DNA from: an uncultured Methanosarcinaceae archaeon
GTDB taxonomy: Archaea > Halobacteriota > Methanosarcinia > Methanosarcinales > Methanosarcinaceae
Direction: 5' to 3'
Length of the DNA stretch: 64,000 bases
NCBI GenBank assembly: GCA_963847185.1
Contig: CAWJYV010000007.1
Span: 96,001-160,000 of the forward strand
The notes under the pieces are model-generated. The model ran no database searches and had not been told where the DNA came from. It was given only the letters and a program-made list of their open reading frames with translations. Below are positions 1-10,447 of this stretch, piece by piece. Both the position numbers and the translations under genes were made by a program. Each line of letters begins with the position of its first letter. Position 1 is the stretch's first letter.

Positions 1-601
1 AAAGAGCTTTGAGAACAGTTTCACTTACTGTTTTTCCAGACTGAAGGGCCTCAAGAGCAGCCCCGGCAGAGCCAGTATATCCTGTAACACAGACAAGGTC
101 TCCCGATCTTGCTCCACGCCTGAGGAGAAGCTGGCTTTTTTTCACCCTACCCAGGGCTGTCCCTGTAATTGTCAGTTCAGCATGGGTATCAAGGTCACCT
201 CCGATAACAGAAGTTCCGCAGAATTCGGCACATGCCTGCATACCTTTTGCAAGTTCTTCGATAAAAGTAATTTCGGTATCTGCTGGCATTCCTATTGCCA
301 TAAGAAGCCCTGCAGGTTCTGCACCCATGGCTGCAATATCACTCAGGTTTACGGCTGCAGACATCCAGCCCATCTGCCAGGGCGTCATTTCTGCCGGAAA
401 ATCCGTGGTTCTATGCAGCATATCTGTTGTAATAACCAGACAGTCTTCGCCTTTAAGGTCAAGAACGGCACAGTCATCTGAACCCGCACCAATTAGGATT
501 CTTTTCTGTCCGCTTTCTTTACTGTCAGGGGCTTTGAAGATCTCAGATAAGCGGGAAATTAAAGCGCGCTCTCCGACTGAAGATACTTTTGTTCCTTTCA
601 T
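1..601 (-). CDS. thiL: Thiamine-monophosphate kinase (5' part; runs off window start)
   Basis: Not in ORF track. Manual minus-strand translation from ATG at 601: MKGTKVSSVGERALISRL...GAGSDDCAVL...TTDML...AVNLSDIAAMGAEP...VIGGDLD, typical ThiL motifs. Confidence 0.93.
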   Translation of the reverse strand, partial: MKGTKVSSVGERALISRLSEIFKAPDSKESGQKRILIGAGSDDCAVLDLKGEDCLVITTDMLHRTTDFPAEMTPWQMGWMSAAVNLSDIAAMGAEPAGLLMAIGMPADTEITFIEELAKGMQACAEFCGTSVIGGDLDTHAELTITGTALGRVKKSQLLLRRGARSGDLVCVTGYTGSAGAALEALQSGKTVSETVLKAL

Positions 602-1023
602 GGTCTTTTTTCTGGAAGCGATGACTTTTGATCTCCTTTCTATAGGTACTGCCCTTATCCGGGCCAAAATGCACTGAGTCTCTCCCCTTTATTTAATTTT
701 CGTAACGACAGAGGTTACACATAGTCAGGTAATAATAATAGAGAAGTTTTCAGTATTTGGCGAGGACATTATGGGACAATTCTTACATTTATTTATGAGT
801 ATTGAGTAAACAAACTCCAATCTCTGAGATTAATCACTTTCTTTTACTTTTTGGAGTATAAGGCTTTTGTAAACTTCAAATTAATTTGAACTTATCTATT
901 ATTCCTGAAAAATCAGTAAAAGTTTTTTAGAAATATGAAATAGCTTGAAAAGCCTAAAAAAGTTTAAACAAGCCTAAATTGAGATAATTTAGGGAAACAG
1001 GCAAGTAATATTAAAAAATAAGT

Positions 1024-1794
1024 TCAGACTATCTCTTCTCCAGCCTCTCTTGTCCTTATTCTTACATTTTTCAGAAACTTTTTTGCTGTTATTCCAAGTT
1101 CGTATAACTCTTCCCTTTCTAAGATTAGACTTTTTCTAAGATTCTCCTGCAAACTGTGTTCCGGGATTCCCTGCTGCAGTACATAAATGATCTCTCTGTT
1201 TCTCGCATGTCCTGAAATCCAGGAAGCTATGCAGGTAACTTCTTCCTTTGTTCCAATTAAATCCCTGATTACTGTTGTCCTTAGCTCCGGCTCAAGATCG
1301 CAAGACTCTGCAATTTCTATTGTCTCAATGACATTTGCAGTAATCTCTTCAGGAGCCTTTTTAACAGCTGTGTACTTCCCCCATCCTGTAATTTTCCCAT
1401 AAAGTTCAGGATTATCAGGAGGGGCTTTTATGTCGATAAAAAATTTATCCACCAATTTTCGTTTAACCAGTTCTTTTGCCATTTCAGGATAGCAGCCGTT
1501 CGTGTGAATTCCGACCAGAAGCCCGAGCTCTTTTGCAAACTCTGCAAGAGGCACAATTGCCTTCTGCATTAGAGGCTCTCCTCCAGAAAATACAACTGTA
1601 CTCACAAAAGGCCTGGAGTTTTTTATCTTCTCCTTCACAAAATCGAGTTCTACAAGGTCTGGCTCTTCCAGATAAGGATGATTCTGGCAATAAAGGCAGC
1701 GAAGAGGGCATCCCCGAAAAAAGATAGTGATTGCGGCTTTCCCTCTCCAATCCAGAGTTGAGAGGGAAACCGTGTCTGCATAATTTACTTTCAT
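1024..1794 (-). CDS. nrdG: Anaerobic ribonucleotide reductase activating radical SAM protein
   Basis: STLDWRGK, CPLRCLYC (CxxxCxxC), SGGEP; directly downstream of nrdD. Confidence 0.93.
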   Translation of the reverse strand: MKVNYADTVSLSTLDWRGKAAITIFFRGCPLRCLYCQNHPYLEEPDLVELDFVKEKIKNSRPFVSTVVFSGGEPLMQKAIVPLAEFAKELGLLVGIHTNGCYPEMAKELVKRKLVDKFFIDIKAPPDNPELYGKITGWGKYTAVKKAPEEITANVIETIEIAESCDLEPELRTTVIRDLIGTKEEVTCIASWISGHARNREIIYVLQQGIPEHSLQENLRKSLILEREELYELGITAKKFLKNVRIRTREAGEEIV

Positions 1795-1856
1795 GAAAAA
1801 TTACCGTTTCTCAAGATCATTACTCAAGTCTTTAGAATAAAAAAGAGTAGGAACTC

Positions 1857-4241
1857 TTACCTGAGTTCCCTTGTATCATATCTTTTTCTATCGTAAAGCT
1901 CCTGACGCTTGCCCCTGTTCCAGCCTTCTACGGATTGGAGGTATCCTGTAATTCTTGAGAGGTGCTGAACATTTTCAGATCTACATTTCGGGCATTTGTC
2001 CTGCAGGCCGTCTGATACGTATCCCTCGTCAATGCATACGGTCATGTCCCTTGTGAAGGCAAAGTAACCTGTCTGAGTGTTCTTTGCTATATGCATGGCA
2101 AGTTCCTGCAGTCCATCAGGGTCTGGCTTTCCTTCTCCAAGCCAGATATGCATAATGTTTCCTCCGTCGACTATCGGGAAGAAAGTGTGTTCATACTTTA
2201 TTCTCTCAGGCAGAGAGACATCAGCTCCTGGCGGGATGTGAGTACCATTGGTATAGTATATGGGCAGGTCGTGTGTCTCATTAATCTCTTTCTTTGCGGC
2301 TTTGAGATCCCCTTTAATTGTGAGTTCGGCTTTGCCGGCATATTCTCTGTGCAGGAGATCTGAGACTGCAAAGCGCTGGGCTGTAGTTTCAGCAGGCGTT
2401 CTTGCAAGGGCAATTTCCATATCGTTTTCCTTTGAGAGCTTCTGGGCATGCATTTTCATTTCGAACATAGCCCTTATAGCAAGTTTATAAGCAATAGGGG
2501 ACTCATGGATCTGGTAACCTGTATGGTATTGCACCATCTCATTAATTCCTACTACTCCAATAGTATACACAAGACTATCGAAGTCCACAGCCATTGCCCC
2601 TGTCTCTCCGGTGTTCGGGTCTTTGGGACACTGTGCTGCAAAAGGAATTCTGTTTTTCTTGATGAGACTGTTCATCCAGCTTCGCTTGATCTTGAAGACT
2701 TCTATGCCCCTGTTCATCAGGGCTTTTAGCTCACTGAAAAGTTTTTCATCATCATATTCGGCCTTATATGCTGCCCTGGGGCAGTTTAAAGACAGCACCA
2801 TCCATGAGCCCATTGAAAAGTGTTTTCCATTCTTGAAATGAAGTTTGTCATTAAACTCTTTATCATCTGTAGGATTTGCGGAGAACTGGTAAGCACAGCA
2901 CTGGTAGCATGAAATTCCTTCCCCTGCACCTCTATATTCAGGGAGCTGGTTATCAAAATAAGGAGTTCCGAATTTGGCAGCCAGCTCAAAGGTCATCCTG
3001 TACAGTTCTTTATACGTCGGAAGTTCAGGGTGAGCTCTGTTAAATTCCTCATCCTCTTTCATGAAATCAGGTTCAAGAGAAATTTCAGGTTTCGGGAAAC
3101 TGAAAGGCTTGCCCCAGGCATCTCCTTCAAGCATAACATCCATCATGGCTTTGAATCCAAGGCGGACTTCTTTTTCAAATTCCCCGTAGGTCCTGAGAGG
3201 AGCCTGTTTTCCATTCCAGATCTTACCCATGGCAACAACTGGTATGTTTTTCCAGAGCTTAGGAACACCTGGAGAAAGCTGCACTGATGAAAAAACAGTC
3301 TGTCCGCCTCTTGCACACATCATCTGCATCATTTCATAGACGAACATCTGCATGAGCTGCCTGATCTCAGTTTCTGATTTGCCTTTGAGATAGGGAGCCA
3401 TAAAGGTCAGGAAATTGTAAAAGCCCTGCCCACCTGCAAAATTTGTCTGAGCCGAACCCATGGCCTTTACAGCATGCAGAAAAGCTACTTCTGCGTTCTT
3501 TGCAGGTTTTGCCACGCTGGATTGGGTTCCTACTCCATCAGGCATAAGGCCGTAATAAAAGAAGTAGCGCAGGTCCCAGTCCTGACAAAAAGGTCTTGTG
3601 CCCATGTATTCGAGATCATGGATATGAAAATCTCCATTCAGGTGCAGGTCGGCAAGCTCTTTTGGCATCAGAAGGAGATTTTGTTCTTTGGACATTTTGT
3701 CAGCTTTTCTTTTATGCGATGTTTCCGCATTGTTCAGCTGGTTTGCATTATCGTTTGCCCCAAAGCCGTATCCTGAGTCGATTTCGTAGGCATCGTAGAC
3801 TGACGCCCCGACTCTTGTCATTATGTTTCTCCATTCTACATGCCCTCTGTCAAGCAGGATATTGTTTACTATTTCCCGGATAAGAGGTCCTGAGAGGAAT
3901 TTAATATTCATCTTTCTGATGATTTTTTCAGCTTCTTTTGCAATATCAACTGCTTCTTCTTTTGTAATTGCATCTTTGTTGTAGAAGATCTCGCTTAATT
4001 TTGTTTCTTTCAGGAGCTGATTTACAATAATATTCCTGTCCCAGTTGACCATGAACCCGTCTGTCGTCCTTACTTTGGGAAGAGGAGAGACGGATAGCCC
4101 ATCAAGTGTTTTTTGTACTGGCTGGTTATCAGATAAATGATTATCTCTGGGAAGGGAAGGAAGGGAGAGCCCGTTAAGTGTCTTTTTAACCGGCTGGTTA
4201 TCAGATAGATTGCCATCGGGTGAGAGAATTTCGCCTGTCAT
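1857..4241 (-). CDS. nrdD: Class III (anaerobic) ribonucleoside-triphosphate reductase
   Basis: N-terminal ATP cone, HIHDL, TPAET, YYTNG, C-terminal glycyl-radical motif SRITGY. Confidence 0.97.
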   Translation of the reverse strand: MTGEILSPDGNLSDNQPVKKTLNGLSLPSLPRDNHLSDNQPVQKTLDGLSVSPLPKVRTTDGFMVNWDRNIIVNQLLKETKLSEIFYNKDAITKEEAVDIAKEAEKIIRKMNIKFLSGPLIREIVNNILLDRGHVEWRNIMTRVGASVYDAYEIDSGYGFGANDNANQLNNAETSHKRKADKMSKEQNLLLMPKELADLHLNGDFHIHDLEYMGTRPFCQDWDLRYFFYYGLMPDGVGTQSSVAKPAKNAEVAFLHAVKAMGSAQTNFAGGQGFYNFLTFMAPYLKGKSETEIRQLMQMFVYEMMQMMCARGGQTVFSSVQLSPGVPKLWKNIPVVAMGKIWNGKQAPLRTYGEFEKEVRLGFKAMMDVMLEGDAWGKPFSFPKPEISLEPDFMKEDEEFNRAHPELPTYKELYRMTFELAAKFGTPYFDNQLPEYRGAGEGISCYQCCAYQFSANPTDDKEFNDKLHFKNGKHFSMGSWMVLSLNCPRAAYKAEYDDEKLFSELKALMNRGIEVFKIKRSWMNSLIKKNRIPFAAQCPKDPNTGETGAMAVDFDSLVYTIGVVGINEMVQYHTGYQIHESPIAYKLAIRAMFEMKMHAQKLSKENDMEIALARTPAETTAQRFAVSDLLHREYAGKAELTIKGDLKAAKKEINETHDLPIYYTNGTHIPPGADVSLPERIKYEHTFFPIVDGGNIMHIWLGEGKPDPDGLQELAMHIAKNTQTGYFAFTRDMTVCIDEGYVSDGLQDKCPKCRSENVQHLSRITGYLQSVEGWNRGKRQELYDRKRYDTRELR

Positions 4242-4316
4242 TTTCTCATCTTCATTAATTGTTTTAAGAATGAAATCTGCACGTTATTTTATCGTTTTGA
4301 AGCTTCAGAGTGTGTA

Positions 4317-4568
4317 TCACAAAATTCCCCTGAATTTTTCAGGGTTTACTTCTTCCCCACTGAAGATTTCCTCATGGGTCAGGAAAGTGTCATTGATCTG
4401 TAAAACAGGAGCTGTCACTGTAAAAATCCCATTAAATCGCAGCTCTGTCAGGGCTTCAGGCGTAGACATATCTGCCACTGTATAGGGTACTGAATTTGCC
4501 TCAAGGAACTTTTTTAATTTATTGCATTTGGGACATCTTTCTGTTGTATATACAATTATCTTTGCCAT
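4317..4568 (-). CDS. nrdH: Thioredoxin/glutaredoxin-like NrdH, electron donor for NrdD
   Basis: 83 aa, CPKC active site, APVL cis-Pro loop; first gene of the nrd operon. Confidence 0.85.
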   Translation of the reverse strand: MAKIIVYTTERCPKCNKLKKFLEANSVPYTVADMSTPEALTELRFNGIFTVTAPVLQINDTFLTHEEIFSGEEVNPEKFRGIL

Positions 4569-4866
4569 GCTTTACGATCCTCTGATTTCTCACTACTTTT
4601 GAATCAAATCTTACTTATTTCTTTTATTTCCAGTGTGGGAGGAGTGAGCGCGGCAGCGCAAAGCGCATTATCGCAAGAAAACAAACCCCCACATGGGTTA
4701 CTTTAAAATGTGCCCCTTTGATTGTCTTTCCACTTTCCTAAGTGAATTATTCTCTTTTTCCAGGTAAATACCCTAAATGTCCTTGCAGTTAATAATGGTT
4801 TTTCAACTCAGTTCTGGATACAATAACCCTTTTGTTTTGTATACAAAGATATCCTGTTATTTTTAT

Positions 4867-4892
4867 ATTTGTTATCAGATCTGATAACAAAT
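4867..4892. promoter_or_regulatory. Perfect 26-bp palindrome abutting the putative nrd TATA box
   Basis: ATTTGTTATCAGA|TCTGATAACAAAT; minus-strand TATAAAA at 4866-4860. Confidence 0.55.
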
Positions 4893-5331
4893 CTGGGGAA
4901 TTCTGTTTCCGAAAAATTGCCTTACTTTAGAGGACATTTTCAAGTACAAGAGACATTCTGCAATATTGAAGCCATTTTAGAGGATATAGGTATGGAGACC
5001 ATGTATATGGCTTTATTCCTTAGATTCTCTCTGAAATAATCTAAAATGACTTCCTACAACATATCTCTGCTAAAAACAAAAAAGATTGACGTGTAGTAAA
5101 AAAATGTTGTTATATGTAGCGAAAGCAAATTACTACTTTGCTTTTATTTACACTAATTTTCCGAAAAGTAAACATATTAGATTTAATTTTAGCTGTGGTC
5201 TTTAAAGCTTGTCGTTATTTTTTTCACAGGTTTTCATTTTAAAAATAGTGGAGTTACAAAAAAGCGTTATATCATTGGTCAGTTATACCTCTGTCTAGTG
5301 CAAAAAGAGGTGTCATTCCATAGAGAAATTA

Positions 5332-5988
5332 ATGCCTACGGGCTGCAAACCCCTTGACGACCTTCTGGGTGGAGGTTTCGAGAAGGGGATCGTGACTCAA
5401 ATCTTTGGAGCCGCTGGTACCGGGAAAACAAATATTTGCATCCAGCTTGCAGTGGAATGTGTAAAGCAGGGGCAGAAGGCTATTTTCATAGATACTGAAG
5501 GCCTTTCTCCTTCTCGTTTTAAACAGATTGCAGGGGAGAACGCAAAAGAGATAGCAAGGAGTATCATTATTTATGAACCCCTGAGTTTTGAAGAACAGTA
5601 TGCTGCTGTAAGAGAAGTAGAGAGAATAGCCGGTGAAAATATCGGGCTTGTAATCCTTGATTCTGCAACTTCATATTACAGGTTCGAGCTTGAAGATGAA
5701 GACACTGGTATAAAAAGTCGCAGAGAGCTTGCCAGTCAGATAGGATTTTTGCATGCCCTGGCTCGTAAACACGGCTTTGCTGCAGTTATAACCAATCAGG
5801 TCTACTCTGATATTATCTCAGGAGGAGTACGACCGCTGGGAGGTACTTCCCTTGAGCATATATCAAAAACCATTGTCCAGCTGGAAAAAACAGGTGAAGG
5901 AACCAGACGTGCTATTCTGTACAAACACCGCTCCCGTCCTGAAGGCTTAAACGCTGAATTTAGAATTACAGCTGAAGGAATTCGTTAA
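5332..5988 (+). CDS. radB: DNA repair and recombination protein RadB
   Basis: TGCKPLDDLLGGG, Walker A GAAGTGKT, IDTEG, ILDSA, TNQV, RadB-specific KHRS. Confidence 0.95.
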   Translation: MPTGCKPLDDLLGGGFEKGIVTQIFGAAGTGKTNICIQLAVECVKQGQKAIFIDTEGLSPSRFKQIAGENAKEIARSIIIYEPLSFEEQYAAVREVERIAGENIGLVILDSATSYYRFELEDEDTGIKSRRELASQIGFLHALARKHGFAAVITNQVYSDIISGGVRPLGGTSLEHISKTIVQLEKTGEGTRRAILYKHRSRPEGLNAEFRITAEGIR

Positions 5989-6124
5989 TTGATAAAATCG
6001 ACAGATTTCTATACGATAAATTTCACGGAAGTATTTAAAAACAGAGAAAACGAAAATTCCCGGGAAGATCCGGGATTTTACAGTGAAAGACTGTTTTTAA
6101 TAAAAATTTCTTGTACTTGAAGCT

Positions 6125-7225
6125 TCAACGTTCTCTGGTGCCAGCTATGAATTCCTCTGTCCTTCTGTAAGCTTCATCATCAGGGTACTGAATAGCCGGG
6201 TGCTTCATAAAATAAGATGCCGGAGAATACAGCACTCCTCCTATTCCGCGATCAAGAGCTAGTTTGCAGCATCGAATGGCATCAATTACCACACCTGCGG
6301 AATTGGGGGAATCTTCTACGGAAAGCCTTAGTTCAAGGTTCATTGGTACATCTCCAAAAAGTTTACCTTCCATCCTCAGGAAACATACTTTGTTGTCTTT
6401 TTGCCAGGCTACGTAATCGCTAGGTCCGATGTGGATATTTTCATCATCAAGCTTTTGAGAGAGCACGGACTGGACCGCTTCTGTTTTTGATTCTCTTTTG
6501 GAAGCAAGTCTGCTCCTGTTGAGCATGTTGAGAAAATCAGTATTTCCTCCAGTGTTCAGCTGATATGTCCTTTCAAGTTTTACACCGCGTTTTTCAAAAA
6601 GGTCTGCAAGAATTCTATGGGTAATAGTAGCTCCAAGCTGGGCTTTAATATCATCGCCGATAATCGGAATATTCTTTTCTTCAAACCTTTTTGCCCATTC
6701 AGGATTGCTTGCAATAAAAACAGGCATATTATTGATTAAAGCCACACCAGCTTCAAGGGCACACTCGGCATAGAAACGTACTGCCTCTTCAGAACCTACA
6801 GGCAGGTAATTGAGAAGCATTTCTGCGCCTGAACTCTTCAGTTCGTTTACTATATCTGCTTTCGTAGCTTCTGGCTCTTTACCGACAATAAAGGTATACT
6901 TTTCTTCATAGTTCTTCATGTGGTCAGAAACCCCGTCAAGAACCCTCCCCATTTTAACCTTCACGCCTGTAGCCGGAATGTCAGGACAAAAGATCGCTGT
7001 GCAGTTCGGGGGGGCAAATATAGCCTCAGCCACATCTTTTCCTACTTTCCTGGCGTCAATGTCAAAGGCAGCAACAACTTCGATGTCTTTGGGTTTATAT
7101 CCGCCAAGGTCCCAGTGCATCAGCCCTATAGGTTCTTTGTTTTCGGCTTTATAATACTCAATGCCCTGTATCAAAGAGCTTGCACAGTTCCCGATCCCTG
7201 CAATTGCTATTTTTATCTTTGTCAT
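6125..7225 (-). CDS. ino1: myo-inositol-1-phosphate synthase
   Basis: [39 protein letters not shown]. Confidence 0.95.
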   Translation of the reverse strand: MTKIKIAIAGIGNCASSLIQGIEYYKAENKEPIGLMHWDLGGYKPKDIEVVAAFDIDARKVGKDVAEAIFAPPNCTAIFCPDIPATGVKVKMGRVLDGVSDHMKNYEEKYTFIVGKEPEATKADIVNELKSSGAEMLLNYLPVGSEEAVRFYAECALEAGVALINNMPVFIASNPEWAKRFEEKNIPIIGDDIKAQLGATITHRILADLFEKRGVKLERTYQLNTGGNTDFLNMLNRSRLASKRESKTEAVQSVLSQKLDDENIHIGPSDYVAWQKDNKVCFLRMEGKLFGDVPMNLELRLSVEDSPNSAGVVIDAIRCCKLALDRGIGGVLYSPASYFMKHPAIQYPDDEAYRRTEEFIAGTRER

Positions 7226-7819
7226 AAACGCTTACTCTCCGATAAATACCCTGATTCTCATAAACCGCATTCATGGAATGATAGATTTTTCGTGATTTCT
7301 GAAATCTACAGACTCAAAGATTTACGGATTCAAGGTCTTGAAATTTATGACTTCTATTCCTAAAATTAAGACTCTTTCTGTATCTCAGCTATGGATTTTA
7401 AATCTTCTCTTATTTGTGCTGTTACTTTATAAATCTATTATATCAAGTTTGCCTTTCCGGGAATATATTTTGTTTTTATATATTATTTATATAGATTATT
7501 TATATATGTTATTTATATATACCCTAAACTCAAGTCCACTTTCAAGATAAAATTCTTATTTTTGCACTCAGGTGCGGGATCTTTCAATCTTTATCTTTTC
7601 TTCAAGTATTTTTCTCTTTTAAGATTGGAGATTAAGATTAAAGAAGCCTATCTGGAGTTTCATTTTAAGCTACTTTATCAACTTCGCAGTTTAGAGAAAA
7701 TAAATTGAGGAATTCTTCTGAGCATGGAGTTGAATAGGTTTTTATTAGATAGAGAGCTTGAAATGGGAGCCGGTGGATTTTTCCGGCAGAACCTGACGTT
7801 TATATCGGAAAGTGATTTA

Positions 7820-8839
7820 ATGAGGACAATTGACTGGAAAGAAGAGTCCAATTCCGTGATACTGGTAGATCAAACCCTGCTCCCAAAGGAGTACAGGATT
7901 ATAGAATGCAAAACATTGAGTTCTCTCTGTGAGGCTATAAAATCTCTAAGGATAAGGGGTGCGCCTGCTCTCGGTGCTGCAGGAGGTTTTGGAATTGCCC
8001 TTGCAGCCTCCCTGAGTGGAGCCAAAAACATTGAAACAATGATGAAAGACCTTGAGGTTGCAGGGAAAGCTCTTAAATCAACCCGCCCAACTGCAGTAAA
8101 CCTGGGATGGGGCGTTGATAGGGTCTTAAGAGCTGTTTCAGACGCCTTTGATGCTCAGGGAATCAGAGATATCGCTCTTCAGGAAGCCAGGGATATTGCG
8201 GAAGAGGATGTGGCCACTAACAAGCTGATAGGCGAATATGGGGCAAAGTTCCTTAAAGACGGGGACACTGTACTCACTCATTGTAATGCAGGCAGGCTCG
8301 CCTGTGTAGATTGGGGTACAGCTCTCGGGGTTGTACGTTCGGCTATTGCTGAAGGCAAGGAGATCAAGGTTATCGCCTGTGAGACCAGGCCCCTGAATCA
8401 GGGAAGCAGGATAACTACCTGGGAATTGATGCAGGACAAAATTCCGGTAACTCTGATTGCAGATTCAATGGCTGGATGGGCAATGCACCAGGGCCTTGTA
8501 GACAGTGTACTTGTAGGAGCAGACAGGATTACCCAGGATGTTGTTTTTAACAAGATAGGGACTTATACACATTCCATTCTTGCAAAAGAACATGAAATTC
8601 CTTTCTACGTGGCAGCTCCAATCTCTACTTTCGATTTCAATGGCTGGGAAGGTAGCGTAAAAATCGAAATGCGGAGCGCTGATGAGCTTCGATTCTTTGG
8701 GTCCGAACAGCTTGCCCCGGAAGAAGTGGAAGTCTACAATCCTGCTTTTGATGCAACTCCCATGGAAAATGTGACTGCAATTATCACGGAAAAGGGAGTA
8801 TTTTATCCGCCTTTCCTGCTGGACGAGGTTCTTATTTGA
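7820..8839 (+). CDS. mtnA: Methylthioribose-1-phosphate isomerase (eIF-2B alpha/beta/delta family)
   Basis: IRGAPALG, TRPTAVNL, THCNAG, ETRP, NKIGT, NPAFD; start moved to MRTIDW at 7820. Confidence 0.9.
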   Translation: MRTIDWKEESNSVILVDQTLLPKEYRIIECKTLSSLCEAIKSLRIRGAPALGAAGGFGIALAASLSGAKNIETMMKDLEVAGKALKSTRPTAVNLGWGVDRVLRAVSDAFDAQGIRDIALQEARDIAEEDVATNKLIGEYGAKFLKDGDTVLTHCNAGRLACVDWGTALGVVRSAIAEGKEIKVIACETRPLNQGSRITTWELMQDKIPVTLIADSMAGWAMHQGLVDSVLVGADRITQDVVFNKIGTYTHSILAKEHEIPFYVAAPISTFDFNGWEGSVKIEMRSADELRFFGSEQLAPEEVEVYNPAFDATPMENVTAIITEKGVFYPPFLLDEVLI

Positions 8840-9166
8840 AAGCAATTCGAAGATAAATTGAGTTTAATTTGAGGATATTTTGAATATCCTGAAATATATC
8901 CCTATTTATCCTCGCTTTTGGAGCATACCTAACTCCATATCAATCCTTCCAGAGTCAGGATACTAAATAATTACTCTGCTGGATTTATATATCAGAAATG
9001 TATTATCTGATGATTACCAATGTTAACAGTAACTTCAACAGTTATGTTAGATATTTTAATTTATAGGTAAATATTTTAACATGTACCTTATTAATCTATT
9101 AAGAAGACAAAATACAGGTAATAAATTTACATTCAATTTACAGTGCATTCTTACAGGTGTTAATTC

Positions 9167-9334
9167 ATGGCTAAAAAATCAGGTACCGGACTCCAGTCCT
9201 CTGCAGGGCTCATGCGCTATTATGAAGCGGATAAAAACGCTGTTCATGTCCAGCCCAAAACAGTTCTGATTGTTGGTGCCCTTGTGGGCATAGCAGTATT
9301 ATTTTTAGGTGCTGTAAACGGCTTCTGGCCGTAA
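9167..9334 (+). CDS. secG: Preprotein translocase subunit Sec61beta (archaeal SecG)
   Basis: Below ORF-track cutoff. MAKKSGTGLQSSAGLMRYYEADKNAVHVQPKTVLIVGALVGIAVLFLGAVNGFWP has the AGLMRYY signature and a C-terminal TM helix; AGGTG SD upstream. Confidence 0.92.
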   Translation: MAKKSGTGLQSSAGLMRYYEADKNAVHVQPKTVLIVGALVGIAVLFLGAVNGFWP

Positions 9335-9388
9335 TTACACTTTTTTTGGGCAGATTCCTTTGAATAGGGCATGTTCCTTTGAGCAGGC

Positions 9389-10360
9389 ATGACTCTGAAA
9401 AAAAAGAATACAAAAAAAGCTTCTTCAGGAGCCAAAATTTCTAAACCCACGGTTCTTCTTCTGGGTTTTCTTCTTATAGTTGTAGGTATCTTCGGGGTTC
9501 TTTATAATCCTTCTAATTCAACTCAAGAAAAGGCTACCTGGGAAGTTTCGGAATCAGGAACTCTTTCTTTTCCTCAAAGGGAGGAGCCTGTGTTTACAGC
9601 TCAGGAAATTGAAGATATATACTCTCCTGATAATCCAGATACCTTGAAATTGGTGTCTTTTGAAAGTGAAGGGGATAAAATCCAGGCTCTTCTGAGGATT
9701 CCTGCAAACTCTAATAATACTTCCTCGTTTTCTCCTGGAATTGTCCTGCTTCCGGGAGCAACAATTAGCAAGGAAGCCGAACAGGGACTCGCTGTGGAAC
9801 TCTCAAAAATGGGGTATGTAACCCTTACTATTGATCAGCGCAATCTCGGAGGCGTAAATGTCGAAAAAGATCTTGGACTTTTCAAGGCTGGTCTTGAGCC
9901 TGTAGAATACCTGATGGTCTATGATGCTCTTAAAGCCACAGATGTACTTGCAGCCCAGCCGGAAATTGATTCAAATAGGCTTGCAATTATCGGGGAAAGC
10001 AACGGTGGAAGATTTGCAATTCTTGCCTGTGCCCTTGAGCCTGCCCTTAAAGGTGTTATTGGGATCAGTACTTCAGGGTATGGTACTGAGGAAATTGATC
10101 CTGCCTCTGTAGCTGATCTTGAAACTTACCGCTTCTATCGTTCAATTGATCCTGCTACCTATCTCTCTACTCTTCCGCCTGCGAAATTCGTGCAAATTCA
10201 TTCTTTTAACGATACCTTAATCTCATATGATACGGCACTAAAGACCTTTGCCCTTGCAAAAGAGCCAAAGGCCATGTATAATGTTACTGAGCCAATGCAC
10301 GGATATACAGATTCCATGCGCCCTTATCTTGAAAAAGAACTTTCGCTTCTCCTTAACTAA
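9389..10360 (+). CDS. Membrane-anchored alpha/beta-hydrolase (esterase/dienelactone hydrolase-like)
   Basis: N-terminal TM helix, nucleophile elbow GESNGG, HSFND and MHG consistent with Asp/His triad members. Confidence 0.8.
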   Translation: MTLKKKNTKKASSGAKISKPTVLLLGFLLIVVGIFGVLYNPSNSTQEKATWEVSESGTLSFPQREEPVFTAQEIEDIYSPDNPDTLKLVSFESEGDKIQALLRIPANSNNTSSFSPGIVLLPGATISKEAEQGLAVELSKMGYVTLTIDQRNLGGVNVEKDLGLFKAGLEPVEYLMVYDALKATDVLAAQPEIDSNRLAIIGESNGGRFAILACALEPALKGVIGISTSGYGTEEIDPASVADLETYRFYRSIDPATYLSTLPPAKFVQIHSFNDTLISYDTALKTFALAKEPKAMYNVTEPMHGYTDSMRPYLEKELSLLLN

Positions 10361-10447
10361 AAATGCAGGCTTTTGCTCCTGAATGAATTTGTAAAAACAA
10401 AAATGTTTATAATTTTGTAAAATTTTTTCCTTAAAAGTGTTTTAAAC

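Noticed and set aside
875-890. 16-bp palindrome TTCAAATTAATTTGAA upstream of thiL
   Set aside because: Very AT-rich, so likely by chance; no second copy noticed
5051-5120. NrdR-box-like ACAACATAT sequences
   Set aside because: Poor match to the palindromic consensus, not in tandem, and far from the nrd promoter
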